In this document: one piece after another, positions 24,563 to 40,000 of the stretch
How the letters are laid out: each line of letters begins with the position of its first letter
Position numbering within the stretch: the stretch's first letter is position 1
Origin: Lingula anatina
Lineage: Eukaryota; Animalia; Brachiopoda
Length of the DNA: 64,000 bases
NCBI GenBank assembly: GCA_051362555.1
Contig: CM120644.1
Location: 15,398,534 to 15,462,533 of the forward strand
Direction of reading: 5' to 3'
Translations under genes and position numbers: made by a program
The notes under the pieces: model-generated
The model's database searches: none
Told to the model about the DNA's origin: nothing
What the model saw: only the letters and a program-made list of their open reading frames with translations

Positions 24563-24944
24563 CTCCGTCGAAGTAAAATATAACTGATATCAAAATACTA
24601 TGAAATATTATGCGGCCTATATTAAGTTGAAAGTGTAATCACTGCAAAAAGTCGTTTCGCTCAAGGAACGCTTCATTCAGGAAATCTGCTTAAGCTGCCA
24701 ACCATCTGAATAAATTGCTCCCCACCATTTTAGCGATGTACGCAAAAATAGGTTAATAAGGTTAGTGAAATTAACGTTTCAGGGAACCCCCAAAACCCCA
24801 CCCCTGCGCTCTTTTTCTGTCCCCCTCGTCTACATTCATCATTATTTTAACAGTAAGACAATTGGGCAAGAAAAAAATGTTATAAATATAACTTGGTGAT
24901 GGCACAATATCACGTGTTGTTCATATTATTCTCAGTCTATTTCC

Positions 24945-25032
<88 letters not shown>

Positions 25033-28000
25033 TTTTTCAACTCAACAATAAAGACATCGCTGTGATGACCGATATCCTGTGATTTCGGCAGTTATTCTTG
25101 CGTTTTATTTTCATCATTTTTGAATAACCATGCAATTTCGAACTACTGCTATAAAATGACTGAATTGAGAAAACACACGATAACCCACGCACCTGTTCTC
25201 GTCTTATTAATTTTCAGAGCTTAAATGTTAAGTCATTTGCTAATGGACTCACCGACACGACAGGAATTCAACATGGGTGGGATTCGAGTGACGGGGGTGG
25301 GTGCGTGCGTGTTTACAACGTGATTAAACACTCGTTGTAATTGCCATGACGTACACGTGTTAAGAGAGCAACAAGTCGACGTTTATGACAGCCAGGTGAG
25401 GAAAGGTGATGAGTGCTTGTCACTTAATGTAAATAGTTAAAGAATCATTTTTACCGCGTGTAAAGTGCTTTTAAAGCACATGAAATGATATCTGCTTTGC
25501 GGTTGCTTCATGCTGTCTAAATGGGAACTGAAACGAAGGTCGGAGCTGCGGTTTAGAGACTGAGTGTGTTCACATAAAAAGACAATTTTCAGACAGTTTT
25601 GCGAACTCTTGAAATTACTGAAGATATTTATTTTCAAATTATTACGAAATTCACTTGTATTTGTCTTAAGGAGGTTGGATAAATCTACCAATAAATACCA
25701 AGAGTTGCTTCCATAGATTCCGAGTGCGATTTACTTAACATATGAAAACTCGGGTAGTTATATAAGGTGTAGTTATTTGGTGCGATATTCGACCTAATTA
25801 GGTCCCGTTTGACATAAACATATAGAAAAGCATAAAAAAACACGTTCACTTAAAAAATGACGTGATACTTGTTTTACGAGGGGGGAGGGGGGGGGGTCGG
25901 AATAGTGGCTCATAGATTTACAAACTGGAGCCAACTACGTCTTGACTACGCACTCCACCTACCGTTCCGTTTCCTAGGAATTCATAGATGCCGTTGGTGC
26001 GTTGCACCACATCGTTGGGGAGGCCCAAGTCACCCTCCAGTATGTTGTCCTTTAGAAGTGTTATCCCCGCTCTCAGTGCGAATGACAAGAACAGGTTGCA
26101 GTGAATGGTGTTTCTTGGACAGTGGAGACGCCTACAGTCGAGTATTAATAAAAATAATAATAATAATAATAATAATAACAATAACAATAATAATAATAAT
26201 AATGATTGTAATTTTAATAATAATAATACTTATTTTGTGTAAGCCTTACATAAAGATGTTTTACATCTGTCAAATATTCAAGGGAAAATCTTTCGGGCGA
26301 AATGAAATCATAACCATTGTGCATCTATGTGAAAAAATAGAAAAATCCTTAGTGTAGCGTTTGGTAACTTCAAACATTTATTATATAGCTTTTCGCGGGT
26401 GGCGTTGATGGTAATGGGATTTCATGCAGTGTAGTGAATTTGTGACCAGATTGTACATTTTGTGTAATGATAAATATAGTAGACAGAAAGTGCGAAAACG
26501 GTCATTGTGTCTCTTTGTTTCCTTTTGAGACAGATGTTCCTTTATACTGCAACTGGCGAAATAAATATACTCACCTGAAACTAATCATGACTACTAGCGC
26601 CACCACCAGGCAGATCAGCGAGATACCGTATCCAATACTGTACAAGAGCTGAATGTTATTTAGATGATCCTAAAAAATAATAATAATAATAATAATAACA
26701 TGTATACTTATTTAAAGTCTAAAATGTTGTGTAGACCTTACAAATTAAAAACATTTCATATACGAATAAAATACATAGTTAAAAGGGTTTAATTTATGTT
26801 CAAATGTAATGGTATAAAAAGTAAAGAGAATAGATGACGATATTCTTTTTAATCACCATGATGTCACAAAATATAGACTGGACCTCCACAGAACGTTTAA
26901 ATGTACAATGTTTTTTTGTTTTTTTTTTTTAATTTAAACAATTCTTCAGAAATATCGAAATATATAACCCAATGACTAGCAGAGGAATTACGGCCAGGAT
27001 TTTACAGAAAATTTTCAGTTGCGCATTTAGCTATTCATTCATGTATTTTATCATGTCGTTTTGATGAGTCCACGAACACATAAACACATCAAAATAAACA
27101 ACCCGTCACGAAATACTGACAAGTCTTTTATCAAACATTTATAAAACATTCATCCGTGTGTTCATTTATCATTTGCGTTATTCATGTGTTAATTTACCGA
27201 TTGAATGCTTGGTTGATTGATAGGTTGTTTTTCCTTATTTGTCTATTTCCTTCATATAAATTGACAATTTAAGCATTATAAGACATCTGTTACGTAACAT
27301 GTTTCAGATTGATAGAAAATATTTTATTGAGAATCCCCAGAGGTATCTGACATCGCATAAGATATAAATCAAAAAGAAGCCCAAAATGACACCAGACGCA
27401 AATGATGTGGCAAAGTTCCAAACAAACGACGGTAAAATGTTATCTAAATGCACCGTCTGATCGTCCTATGATAAAATCCAATTTCTTTCTTATCTATCAT
27501 CCTGATGTTTCTATCAGTGCATTCAGAATAACCCTTCTAGGGGTTTAGGTCTAAATGGCGTCAAAGGAAAATCATGTTACTCTTTTCCAGCAATAACATT
27601 ATATAACTACTGATATTCCAGAATCCCAAAGATTACCAAACTGCTGTAACCAAACTGTTACCCAGCCGATTGTAAATTTCCAGATGAAGCTGTAGTACAA
27701 CTACCTCAAACTGGGGATGTTGTGCTCAGGTCACATGTGCGTCATTCTGCTCATCTGATCACGTTATTCCCAACAGGGTAACACAACATGAATAAAGGCA
27801 AAATAGGGCAACACAACATAAGTAAAGGCAAAATAGGGTAACACAACACGAATAAAGACATTCAGGGCAACGCAAAAATATAAATATTACGAAAAGTGTT
27901 AATATTACGAACGGGGTGTCTGACAAACATAATAATACAATCTATGGGTAGTTTGTCGTGCGGGGTAACACAATAAACAAAATATTCAATCAAACAAAGT

Positions 28001-31000
28001 AATACGTACAGCATACACTGTATACGGTAGTGTCCCATACGGGCTAAAAACAAGCAGTTTACAAGAAGGGTAACACAAGCAGCAGGGTAGTCCAAAATCG
28101 GGTAACATTACCTTCATGAATGTCGAGAGGACCGGGATGTCCTTAATGTTTGCCTGACACGTGGAATAATTGGTCCAAGATCTATTGTAGACAGTACTGT
28201 AAAACCATGAACCGTCTTCCAGACACCTTTTGGTCGCAGACTCTGAAAATGTGCCCAAAATGAATTACATTAACAATATAATGGCAAATTAGTCCCAGTA
28301 TACGCTTATATTAAACATGTTTTGAAGTGCATGGCGCCAAACTTTACAAAGTCATGTAAATGTATTTTGGAGCTTGACGTAATGACTTTTGCATCACTAT
28401 TATCAGCGAGAAACTAAAATGACAAGCTAACTCGATCTCAACACTTTACATCCATGCACTGAGAGAGAGATATTCAGCCTGTGGCGCTTGTTATAAATCT
28501 TACCATTATCCTGTTTTTATTCAATAAGCAATGTGACTGCCGATCTATTTAAAATCTGATAACTTTGAATTAGGAGCACCGGCTTCTTGGGAGCGCGTAA
28601 GCTAAAAGCGTCTTTTTTGCTCCTAATTGGCGTATACAATCTCATTACGTTTGTCATACTGGAGAGCATTCTTTGGGATTCTGTAATAACTCCGGATAAA
28701 GAAGGCTTTTGATGGAACATAACAGACGTCGGGATGCCATAGATAACGAAGCGATTTCGAGATTGATGTTTTTCGGTTTTCGTTTCTAAGCTGAGCATAT
28801 ACTTAAAGTGAAACCAAGGATTTTTTATCCTTGTTCTCGTCTAGTCTTCTGTGTTTTATCTTTCCCCTTGCTCCCGCCGCTAACAAAATCGTGGATTCGG
28901 CAGAGCATTTTAAAATTCATTCCAAAGGTTCAGCGCTTTAATCACTATTATCATCCAAATAAATTACAGAACACCAAATGGCTTTCCGTACCGAACTTGG
29001 GCTCAATGAAATCCAAAAATGATCGTAGCTTACCGTTTTGCATTTTGGAGATAAGAAGGTCAGACGGTTCTGGCCTACGCGGCAATATCAAATGATTCTA
29101 CGTGTGCATGTTGAAGGATTAAAGAGCACTTGTTACCTTCAGGTATCAAACTTTCACGTATATCTCGACAGGGGCACCGCTTGTAAGAATCGTCGGTGTT
29201 AGCAAGCCTATGGGGATTCTCAGAAAAAGCTTTCGAAATTCTTAGTTGAGAGCATCAGTTGTTCACATTGCATCTCTTATTTCACTTCATATTTGTTTCC
29301 ATTCCGTTTATTCGTTTATTATTATTTAGCAAATGACTGAATGGCATAATACCGCAAGTAGGGCTATAACAAGCAATACAATATGCATAACATATCTATC
29401 GATTCTGAACATCAAAGATGTTAAGTCCGGCAAAAACATCGACAACATCGGTCGAGTCTCCTCAACCTCCTGTCTGAATCTCCTGCCTCGTCAAAGCTTG
29501 AAAAATGACTTAATCCGTTTGCTCCATAAATGGCTTACTAATCAAAAAGAAATTCTGCGGAAAATCTTTTCAGCTTCAACTAGATACCGGTACATTCAAG
29601 ATTATATGTAAATTCCAGCGAAAACGACCGATAAAATAGAACAATTTTTAAGAGTACAAGTACACAAACCGAGCTCGAAGTCTCGCAAAAGGCATGCCGG
29701 TACAATTCAAGATTATATGTAAATTCCAGCGAAAACGACCGATAAAACAGAACAATTTTTAAGAGTACAAGTACACAAACTGAGCTCGAAGTCTCGCAAA
29801 AGACACGCTAATCGACTGATAGTTCACCGTATTAATCACATCTCCAATGACACACGCTTCAGCGAGCGAAAATGCAATCAACGCAGTCACTGTTGTAACG
29901 AAATCAGTACCCAGTGAACGGAACAGACAGATGGTGCAATGTACACGCAGATGTGCTCTGGTACATGTATCCGTGAATCTGAAATTACCGAACGAGACGG
30001 GACTCTCTGATTTGGCGTTCACTCCTGATAGTAATGTAGCCAACACGAATATTAAACATGTTTATTTTTTCCTTAACTCTAACTGTATATTTTCAGTCTA
30101 TTATTATTATTATTATTATTATTAAATCATATACGGGTCCCAATATGGCAGGCTTTGTCTCCTAATAGTAAACGCACTGAAGTTGTCTCACTTCTTTAAG
30201 TGGCCAATACACACACTAACTTAACGGTGTCACGTTTTTCACCAGAAAAAAAGGATGCCATTTTGGATTCTGTCCGTTGCCAAGGTTACTTAACCACTTG
30301 TCATCCCCACACTATGACTAACTTTTTCCAGCAGACTCTGCGCTTTCAAATGATATATTATTTTGGTCTAAGGATGAAGGGACACTCAACTCCTTGAATA
30401 AGGTACTTTTTGTGGATTTGTCGCTCATCTACACGCAGATGATAAATCAATCAATCATTTTCAAAGGAAAAAAAAAACATTTGTTCACACTCTCACTTTC
30501 GCATAACACAGATACGATTTTGACCAAAATATACTGCATGGTCCCTATTTTTCATCATGTTCACTTCGTAATAATGACATGGATTTGACATTGGTGAATT
30601 TGATAATTAGTATAAAAGTAATGCAATATATATACATTGGATAACAATTCCTTCAATACGGAACATGTTGGGCATTTCTGTAAAATTCAATAATGCTCAT
30701 TATATTACAGGCCCGTAGCGGGGGGTGGGGGTAGAGGGGGGAGACGGGGTGTTCGAAAGAATCCCCCTTTTTTGCTGGGGAAGTCCCCTTCTGGGTAAAA
30801 CTTTATCTAGGTACATGAAGATGTCATGGTAAAAGGTCCAACTTTTCAGAAAAAAATGTTTGAAAGAGTTGACTATGGGCCTGATATTAATACAACAATT
30901 ATTTACCTTCAATATTAAAACCGTTGACGTAGTTTGGACACCGCTGCTCGCTGGTGGTGCCCGCAGGGGTGTCCGGCCAGCACATCACTCCATCCCACGT

Positions 31001-34000
31001 CCTGTTACAATATGACCCTGGGGAACGGGAAAAATATAATAGTAATGAAGTAGGCATGACATCTGTATGCGTCTCTCTCTCTCTCTCTCTCAGTAGGCTG
31101 CATCCCATACTCTCTCTCTCTCTCTCTCGTTTCTGCAAATGGATTCAAAATTAAACACCTAATACCCCTATTTGCCGTATTGATAATCATAATATATACA
31201 CACTGATGGATCGTTAACAATCTACCAATATCCCATGACAAATGTCAAGTACTGTTAATTGTAAAATTACGTTTGGTAAGTTACCATTAAGCAAAACATA
31301 TCAAAATTCAAGTCAAGTCATATCAATGAACTAGTGCCCGGAAGAGATCCAATTTATAAAGATGATGAATTTTACACAATTGACATAACAGTCTGGGGAT
31401 ATCAATTGTAATTACTCAACCGTTTCTGTTGCTATTGTTAATACTCTTATGGACGAGACGAATTCACGGCACGAGCAATCTGACCTACAGGTCATAAAAC
31501 AAATTACTTTGACTGAGAGAGCGTTTATGGCACAATTAACGGGCGCATTTCAAATCAACTTGAGAAGGTTTAACTTAGGACATTACGTGCATCTAAGCAG
31601 GTCGTTTGGTTTATATTTCTAAATACTGGTAGTCAACTTAATCATCCGGCTGTCAAGCACAAGAGTCCCTTTCACATCAGAGCTATATTCCAGAATCTTT
31701 TTGACTAAGAATAAAGATTATATAATACTCCAGAACTCTGGGGATGGGAGGTCAATTGTGACTGGTGGGTCCTTGTCATCTATATTAAAAAAAGGAATAT
31801 TTCTATCTATTTAACTTATTCGCCCTCTTCCCCTCTTCTCCCCCCCCCCCCCCTCGATTTCTAATTCTGATAAAAAGGCCTTATTTTGATATGATTAAAT
31901 TGACACTCTCATTTGGCATGTACTCGGTATAATCCCCAAAAAATTAATGCAATTATTGACAATAAACAGTAGCGTAGTCTTAACGCGCCGCGTCCCTACT
32001 GATATCAATTATAGAGCTATTTAAAAGTATAAAGAACAATTAGCACACAAATGCTCATTATTGATCTTACTAAAATCATTATGTTCGTGTTAACCTTTTC
32101 TCACTGGAGATACACCAGGATTCAGAATAATCCAACTCTTACCATAAAAAATACATAATGATTTATATTTAATGCAGTGCAGAGCGATCATATCGACTGT
32201 CAGACATCTGAATCTATTGTGCATTGGTCTTCTTTCAACTTAATCCTGAAACACCTTTACCTGTCTTATAATAACTGCAGCCTATGTCGGTAACACTCCT
32301 TAAGGTCGATTTTCATATTTATCTACATCACTCACTTTTCATATAAAATGCTAGTCCTCACGCCGTCAGTAGGAGTAGTACATGTAGTAGTAGAAATAGC
32401 AGTTTGAGGGCGATTCCAATTGAAGTTATCGATCTACATAGATCGATCCAACTCCACGGGGACTCTTGCTGAATGCACATAGATTAACAGATTTACATGC
32501 CTCCTCTTGTTTCCGACGTTTAATCGCATAATCGTGTAATCACCAGTTTTTCTGTATTCTACCCAACATAATGGAAACGAGCCCTTACTGCAGGGAAGAT
32601 TAAAGGTACAATTTGCAAGCATTAAGGGGATCCAGGAACTTACCCGTAATATTGACAGGATCCGAGAGCATCCGCTTCCAACACTCGAACTCCTTGGATA
32701 TCAACAGCTCCAGCTGTTCCTCTTTTTGTAAAAACACCACGTTCTGCAAAAGAATGAAATACGTTAGTGACGTAATCTATTGGCTGATGACGTGTCATAA
32801 GTTCAATGACGTCATATTTATCAGAATAAAGTAACGGATGATGTAATGCACATGGATGATTGTTGGTCAAGTTTAGCAATCTGTTCCAGATGTGGTCCAG
32901 TGTGAAACCCGCCATTAATTGAGATTTTATAAAACTTTCATACCTACAATAAAATTACTTATCTTATCTCAGAGCCAACATTTGTGATTTCTAATAAAAA
33001 TCTAAAGATAGAGCGTAATGTTCCCAGAGTAATATTTCAGCATCTCGTTTGATTATCATCGGAAACATGGAAATGATGTTCTGTTTTACATAACTCCAAA
33101 AAAGGCTTTTATCTGAACATTGCTATAGCAGTAAGCGTTTGACGCAATAAACAGATATAACGAGTGACGAAATAACAAAATGACTTCGTAGAAAATAGGA
33201 AATGGATGGACAAGTATTATATAAACTTATCTCGTATGGCATGTGTATAATATGACTTATCTATTCCATAAATGAAGACTTAAAGTCAATTTTACTACAT
33301 AAAGAGCAATGGTATTAATGGTATTCACATACATGCACTACATCCTGACTTGATTTTAAATTTGTCGTAAATTCATTCAGTAATAGATTTACACCCAGAC
33401 AGGTTATTTTACCACGTAAATGTCAAATTTACTAAAAATAATCATCAGCCAGTCGACACACAAAAAGAATCAGATTTATCCTATTCAATTAGAATCGCTT
33501 TAAGAATCGCTTATTCAAGTTACACGTTCCTATAATATAACCGAGAAAAAAGAGTTCGCGGTTTGGAGTGTCACCGCTTTATATCATGATTAATACCAAA
33601 ACTGTAGAATAACTGGTCTAAAAAATTCGAAAATAACTCCCGCATCTTATTCCTCTGGTTTCGCAATAAAATTTAAAAAAAAAAAAACATGCACGGTAAC
33701 TGTATATACTTCATCCTTTCCAAAGTACATTCTACAGTTATATATATAAAAAAAGAAAATACTTGACGCTTTTTAAAAGGTTTTCGCTACAGGTTCAAAT
33801 AAACATTCTGTACACCCTACCGGAGCAATAAGGCGGTAATCCATTGAGTAGCTAAGCATCTTCAGACGCCAAAGACACGAACACTCCGGTGTCGGCCTTT
33901 TCGATGTAACAGCAAATTAAGTCTTCTCGAATAAAAAGCGTACTGCTTATGAAATGAGATGACGCTTTAGCCGTAGCACGCAAAAATCGATCTGGGCTTA

Positions 34001-37000
34001 TTTTTTCCCGTAGGTGTGAAGGTCAATACGAATCTGCAGGCTACAAATAGTGTTTGCTTACGGCTTAAATCTCCTAACAGTTTTTGAGCGTTTTGTTCGA
34101 TTCCAGCGTTTAAGCAATGATTTCAAATTAAAAATCATCAGAATTGTTGATAGGCTTAGCAAACTGTGCAAGCATTTTTTCCATTCACCACCAACAATAA
34201 GACAGCTTCGGGTCAAACCGAATGGCCGCATTGCTCTTGTATGGAACACAATGCTAGTGTATACTAAACTATTGGTTTTATTACAGTTTACCGTGTTTGG
34301 CGGTTAACGGTTGAGTTGTGGCCGCTTTGTTTTCCCGGGCCGATGTCTATTGTCAAATTATAGATGTTACCATTTAGACGTGTTTACTGGGTTTATTAAT
34401 AGTTGGCATCGATAGCTCTTAACGACTTTCTTAAGTGGAGGCTACCGTGTAAACAATTGGGAAGGTTTAAGCGTGAGAAACGCTGCCACGGGTTTGAAGA
34501 AGGATTTTGGCTTGAAATGCTCTGCTGGAGTTTTCTATATCGTTTGAGTATGAGAGATTGACAACTTAATAACCTGGTCGTTACCAGGGGCGGATCCAGA
34601 GCTATTTTCTAACCGTCTTCCAAATTTTCTTTGTTGATCCATCCTCTATTTTTGACCGTCTTCTGACAGAAAAAATTAGATACCCGTCAATGTAAACTTG
34701 AAAATCTGATGTCTTCCAGAAGACCCAGAAGACAGCCTCAATCCGCCCCTGGTTACTTAAAAGAGTAACTAAAACGGCGCATTGAGTTTTGCAAAAAGAA
34801 ATGAACTCCTGTAACGGTATAACATGCTACAAAATGTAGGACCAGGACAACAGAAAACTGTACAGAAATTTGTAACCCTTGACGTGAGCAGGACTGTACA
34901 CTCTCCATAATACCGCAAATTTATACATTTTGTACATACATGTATAGTTCCCGTTTCACTTTCAATTTCTCTGGTAAACATATTCGGTCCAGTTGCATCT
35001 AATTTTTAATTTTTTTGCCAAAAGATACGTAAAATTATTTTATAAATAAGATGGTCGTAAAATCTAAGCACGTGTGTCAGAGATGGTGTTCCCTATTTCT
35101 GAGAAAGCTACAAACAATGGTTTAAAAACAAAGACCAAAACAGACACGCAAGAAAACTTTGATTTGAAAATTACACAATTCGCACATCGCTTTTGGGGTA
35201 CACAGAGTTCAAGGCATAAAAAAGAGTCAAACATTCCAAACTCTCCACGGCAAGTGCTTCAACTCTCTCCGAACACCGCTTGAAAGTATGCACACAATAC
35301 ACAAAGTTTGCGCCACGGCAGTGAGAGTGCGTTTTAACCTTGGTTAAGTTTGCTTTACCCTGGACGTTATAGACGACCAGAAGTGCGACTGAGCAGTCCG
35401 GGACTACTTAACAGCACAAACACCAAGCCATGTTGATATACAACAGTTTACTTCTGGCTGTTTAAATATGGGAATGAGTGTTGCAATTCCTCACCCCCTG
35501 CAAGGCAAGGACCTGCTCCGTGTAACCGGAGTGGAAAAGTTTGAATGCTTCTTCTGTTTCAAGATGTGTTTAAGTTTTCTGGCCATAGAAATAAACCCAT
35601 TCAGTTTAGACTGCATTCATTTCAAGTGTTCCGATAATCTGAAGCAAATTGGTCGCTGTTTAAAAACCTCTAGCCACAGACACACGAAAAGTATAAACTG
35701 TCAATAGTTTAACCAATCATTTTGCCCTAAAAAGCAGGCTAATCATTTTTATTGTGCTTCTTTAGGTAACTTTAAGCACGCACATCTTGTCTCGAAACTC
35801 AGAAAAATATAATTGACTTATGTTCCTTTGTATCCAATATATAATTTTTTTCTTGGCATTCTGAATCATCTTCATTTTTGGATTTGAAAGATTCCTAAAT
35901 ATGCAATGCGGTACCTTTAACTGCGGATGTCAGTTTCTGTTACAAATAAAATGAGGAGTCTAAGGTATCGACTAAAAACAATTGCAGTGAATTGTCTACT
36001 TACAAAACTGATTCATTTGGCCAAATTATTGCCCGCCCCCCCCCCCCAAAAAAAAGGTTATATTATTCCTGTTTTATTGTACAATTTAATGACCACACAT
36101 CTTTCACTTCATATGTCGTTTGAATGCGCGTTCAAGGCTTAGCAAAACTCTACCGATTTATTTTCATATTTGAATTCATTAGTATTCTCTTGAAGGAAGG
36201 CTGTCCTTGCATTTTTCTTATTGACCAGTTTGGGCTGAACATAATCACAGATTATAACTGGAACTGGTGGAAAAATATGGTTTATGACTGAAACCATAGC
36301 CCTTGGAAGGCATGAAATATCTGAAAAGATGGTAGTCCTTTTTTATAAGAAACGATGAGTTTTTTTTAAAAGTACGATGAGTATTAAGTTATAAACTTTA
36401 AACTGAAACCTCCATATTCAGACCACATCTTTACAGTAAAACACTAAGTATTTTGGCAACAGTTAGTCTTAGAATGTATTGTAAATTATTTACTTCTATG
36501 TAAAGCACGACCATTCGCTTCTCGAAGAAAGTCCAGACTTTTTCCCAAACCCATTTTTACCAGAAAACGTGTTAATGAACTTTGAACCAGTTTTTCAATG
36601 TCACGAAAAAAAAACACCTTTGTTTAAATTGAGACTTGTGTTGGTGTATTTTCAGCTTGGAGTTGGTCTAGTTTGGGAAGTATTTATAGCAACCGCTGAA
36701 TTTATTATATGTTTTACCCTGGCTGTGTCAGTGCGGTGAAGGCAAGGCGCCTTTGATCCTTAAGCCTGCCTTGTGTCATTGACTGCCAGAATACTTGCAT
36801 GTGCATGTACGGCATCTTCTGCAACGTCTGTTTGTAAGCTATGGCGATATGATAACAAAGAGGGCTTCATAGATCAAACGGAGTTGAAGGGTTTAAGTTG
36901 CGACCGTGGTGGTGGTGGTGTGTGTGTGTCGGGGGGGGGGGGGGGTGCGTGGTCTGGGGTTTTGGCAAGAAAGTTTGTCCAACTACCCCCGTCCTCAAAA

Positions 37001-40000
37001 ACCAGTACACACGCGTTTTAACAAGGATTTCTACTGTAGGTCAATATATTTCATAATGAATAATAATAATAATATATGAAAAAATGGATAAAAGAAAATA
37101 ACGTTATTTTCATTCGTGCCATCAACCTCATTTTATCGTCATTGGAGCTTTAACTATCCTACCAAGTCCAAGAAGCTTTGCTGCCCAGATGGAACTGACG
37201 GTAGAGTGCCCCAAACACGCCTCCGGTGAAGAAACCCATGGGGCCATTGCAAACGAAGGGGCCACACTAAAGCCAAACCTGAAGCCCAGTCAGCATATAG
37301 AGCAATGCAGGCAGGAAGCAGGGTGGAATGACCCGATCGTGATAGTGCTAATTGGTAAATGTACCTGACAATCTCCAGCGGCGTACACGCCGCTTAGGGA
37401 ATTAAACGCTCCCCATGGCGTTGACATCGCTACAAGGCCGAGTAGATCCAAAATACTGGATATAAATTGTAAAACCGACTGATCTATTAAGAATTGCGCG
37501 CTTTAAAAGAAAATATACTTTTCCGTTTCTTTAGTACCAAAGCTCGTCTAACTGTACCGACTCCGTGGTATCCGTGGTACCTTCTTCTTACACAAGTCAT
37601 TTAGGTACCAATTATCAGTAAAAATCCTAGTACGCGGCTGCGAGGTGTGATAGGGAGAAAATTCTTCTCAAATCATTAAAACGGCTACATTCCAGCACAA
37701 TGTGGATTAGATATAGGCCCCTATTACTAAGGCAAAATTATAGGTATAACGTTCAAGAAAAAAATGATGGAGAATTCCTCTTCTGCCCTAATCAAACCGA
37801 TTACGTTCCACCCTTTTTTTTTTTTTTTGTTACAGAATTTACATCGAAAATAAATAATATTAATGGTGTTATTATTATTATTATTGTTATTATTATTATT
37901 ATTATTATTGAATTTAGGGCCAACATTTTTTCTATGTAGCTCTACAGCAACCATATCAAATCCAAAATGTTTTACGTTTGGAACAAGCAAGGTAAGGGCA
38001 ACCATTCTGCATGGCGCAGTAATATACTACCAGAAGCATCACGTTAGATTTTGAGATATTGCAGCATTCAAATCATAACTTTCCCCTTCAAATGCAGCTG
38101 CGGTTTCACACCACACTATGAAACGATTTTGTAAATGTCAAAGATAGTGTTAGCTGTGTTAACATTTGATCTCATAATCATGTAGGCATGTTAATTTGCT
38201 CTTACGATAAGAATTGGCTTCGCTAAAGGTACTGCCTTTTTCGAATGATTTGAACTTGTAAGTTTACAATCCTGTTTTACATCGGTTCTTTTCACATAAA
38301 CCACTTTTCAAGCCGTCAGCCTTGAGTTACAGCTACCATAAATGAATATATATTTATGGTCATTGGCGGCCATTTTGAATTTCAAATAAAAAAGCTGGTT
38401 GCCCGGTGACTTCACGAGGCAGGAATGGTGATTATATTGAAGGCAAGAGTTTGAGCCTCAATCATTAACCCAGTTAGTAGGGTAGATCTGAAAAACAAGA
38501 TTAGGTTTGGTTGCACATGGTAACGAGTAATTACAAAATAAAGGATTTCTATTTCAGTGCCGATACAAGTGTAAAATGCCACCAAAGCATAAAAACCGTG
38601 TACTCGTTTACTCAAACAATTCAGAAAGAAGAAAAAGAAAAAACTGACTTATTCCACAGCGAGTTTCATGCCGAGTTTTTATGTAATTGAGTCGAGTCGG
38701 AAAACTGATATGCCTTTCTTATAAACTAAAACCCTATTACCGTTTTAAAAGTCAATTGGAACTTTATGTTTGCATTTTCATTAAACCGTACTTCAAGCCC
38801 CTGGAAAAAATAATCAAAGCTACCCTTTAAAGAAAACTGTGAGTTGCAGCTCATATTTGAATATTTGCAACATTCTAATCTACTTCTCCAGCTTTCCTTA
38901 TTACCGTCTGAAACACTTTCGTAGTCTCCATAAGGTTAATCAAGGCGGTTTAAGAGAAATAAAAGTCCTAAAATCGGTTTATTAATTCGAGAATTTGCGT
39001 AACACAGTCATATCTATAAACGATAGACTTATCTAATAACATCTTCCCCTTTTAGCTTGCTACCAAACAGAGAGCATTCACATCGAGAAGAGCCGAGGTC
39101 TAGCGAGGCCGAGACCTAAATATGGCGGACTTACATGAGAGGAAGACCGCGTAATCCTTTAATGGTCTCTCAATGACATTCATGGATGGGTCACAAATAA
39201 TTTGCTTTTGGGTATGATATCGTCACTGAAATGCACTTTGCGTCGAAGCTACCCAAACAAAATAGTATGTGTATCTTGACCGATTTAAATGGTACAGTGG
39301 ACACGCTATAGGCGTTATTTACAAGCTTCACCGTTCGCCCTCTAAAATACAAATTTTTTGGGGGCCCGAGCCGCACGCCGGGGGGGTGGGGGGGGGGGCA
39401 GTGTCGGCATCGCATCCGAAGCCTATCATTCCTAAAACGGACCCCCTTCAAATAATCCTTGATCCGCCCCTGTATATTAAAGCGATACATGAAGTCAGCC
39501 TAGCGGTAATGGAATACTTAGTGTAAAGCGATACAAGGATGCGTCCTATCCCATGTGACAAATTTGCCGTTGTTATTGTAAGCAATATCATATAACCCTA
39601 GTTTAGTGAATTGAGGACGCAATTGAAAGCAGAAAACGGAGAACCCTAACAGTCAAATTGACGTTAAGTTCATGTTCTAATGGATCCGAACTTGTTTTTG
39701 GACGATGGAACAATCAAATTGGCAAATCTACCAAAACCACAGCTTAAAGATACAAAAGTGCACATATGAATGAATGAATAAATGAATGAACATGAGATGA
39801 TGACTGAAAGAAAAATAACAAATACATGATTCAATAAGGAGAATCATATTTAACAAGAGAGAGAGAGAAAGAGAAAGAAATTTGACTTCCGACTGTTCAC
39901 AACATCTCCCAATGAAACGCTAATTAAAATAATCACATGAACAGAAGCGTGCCGGTAATTCCCGCAAATCCCCTCATGATCCAGTTACAGCTTCATTACA

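Noticed and set aside
25253-25290. Minus-strand ATG plus GTGAGT donor inside GPCR intron 6 as an alternative exon
   Set aside because: The ATG frame ends in phase 1 while the next exon needs phase 0, and there is no clear acceptor.
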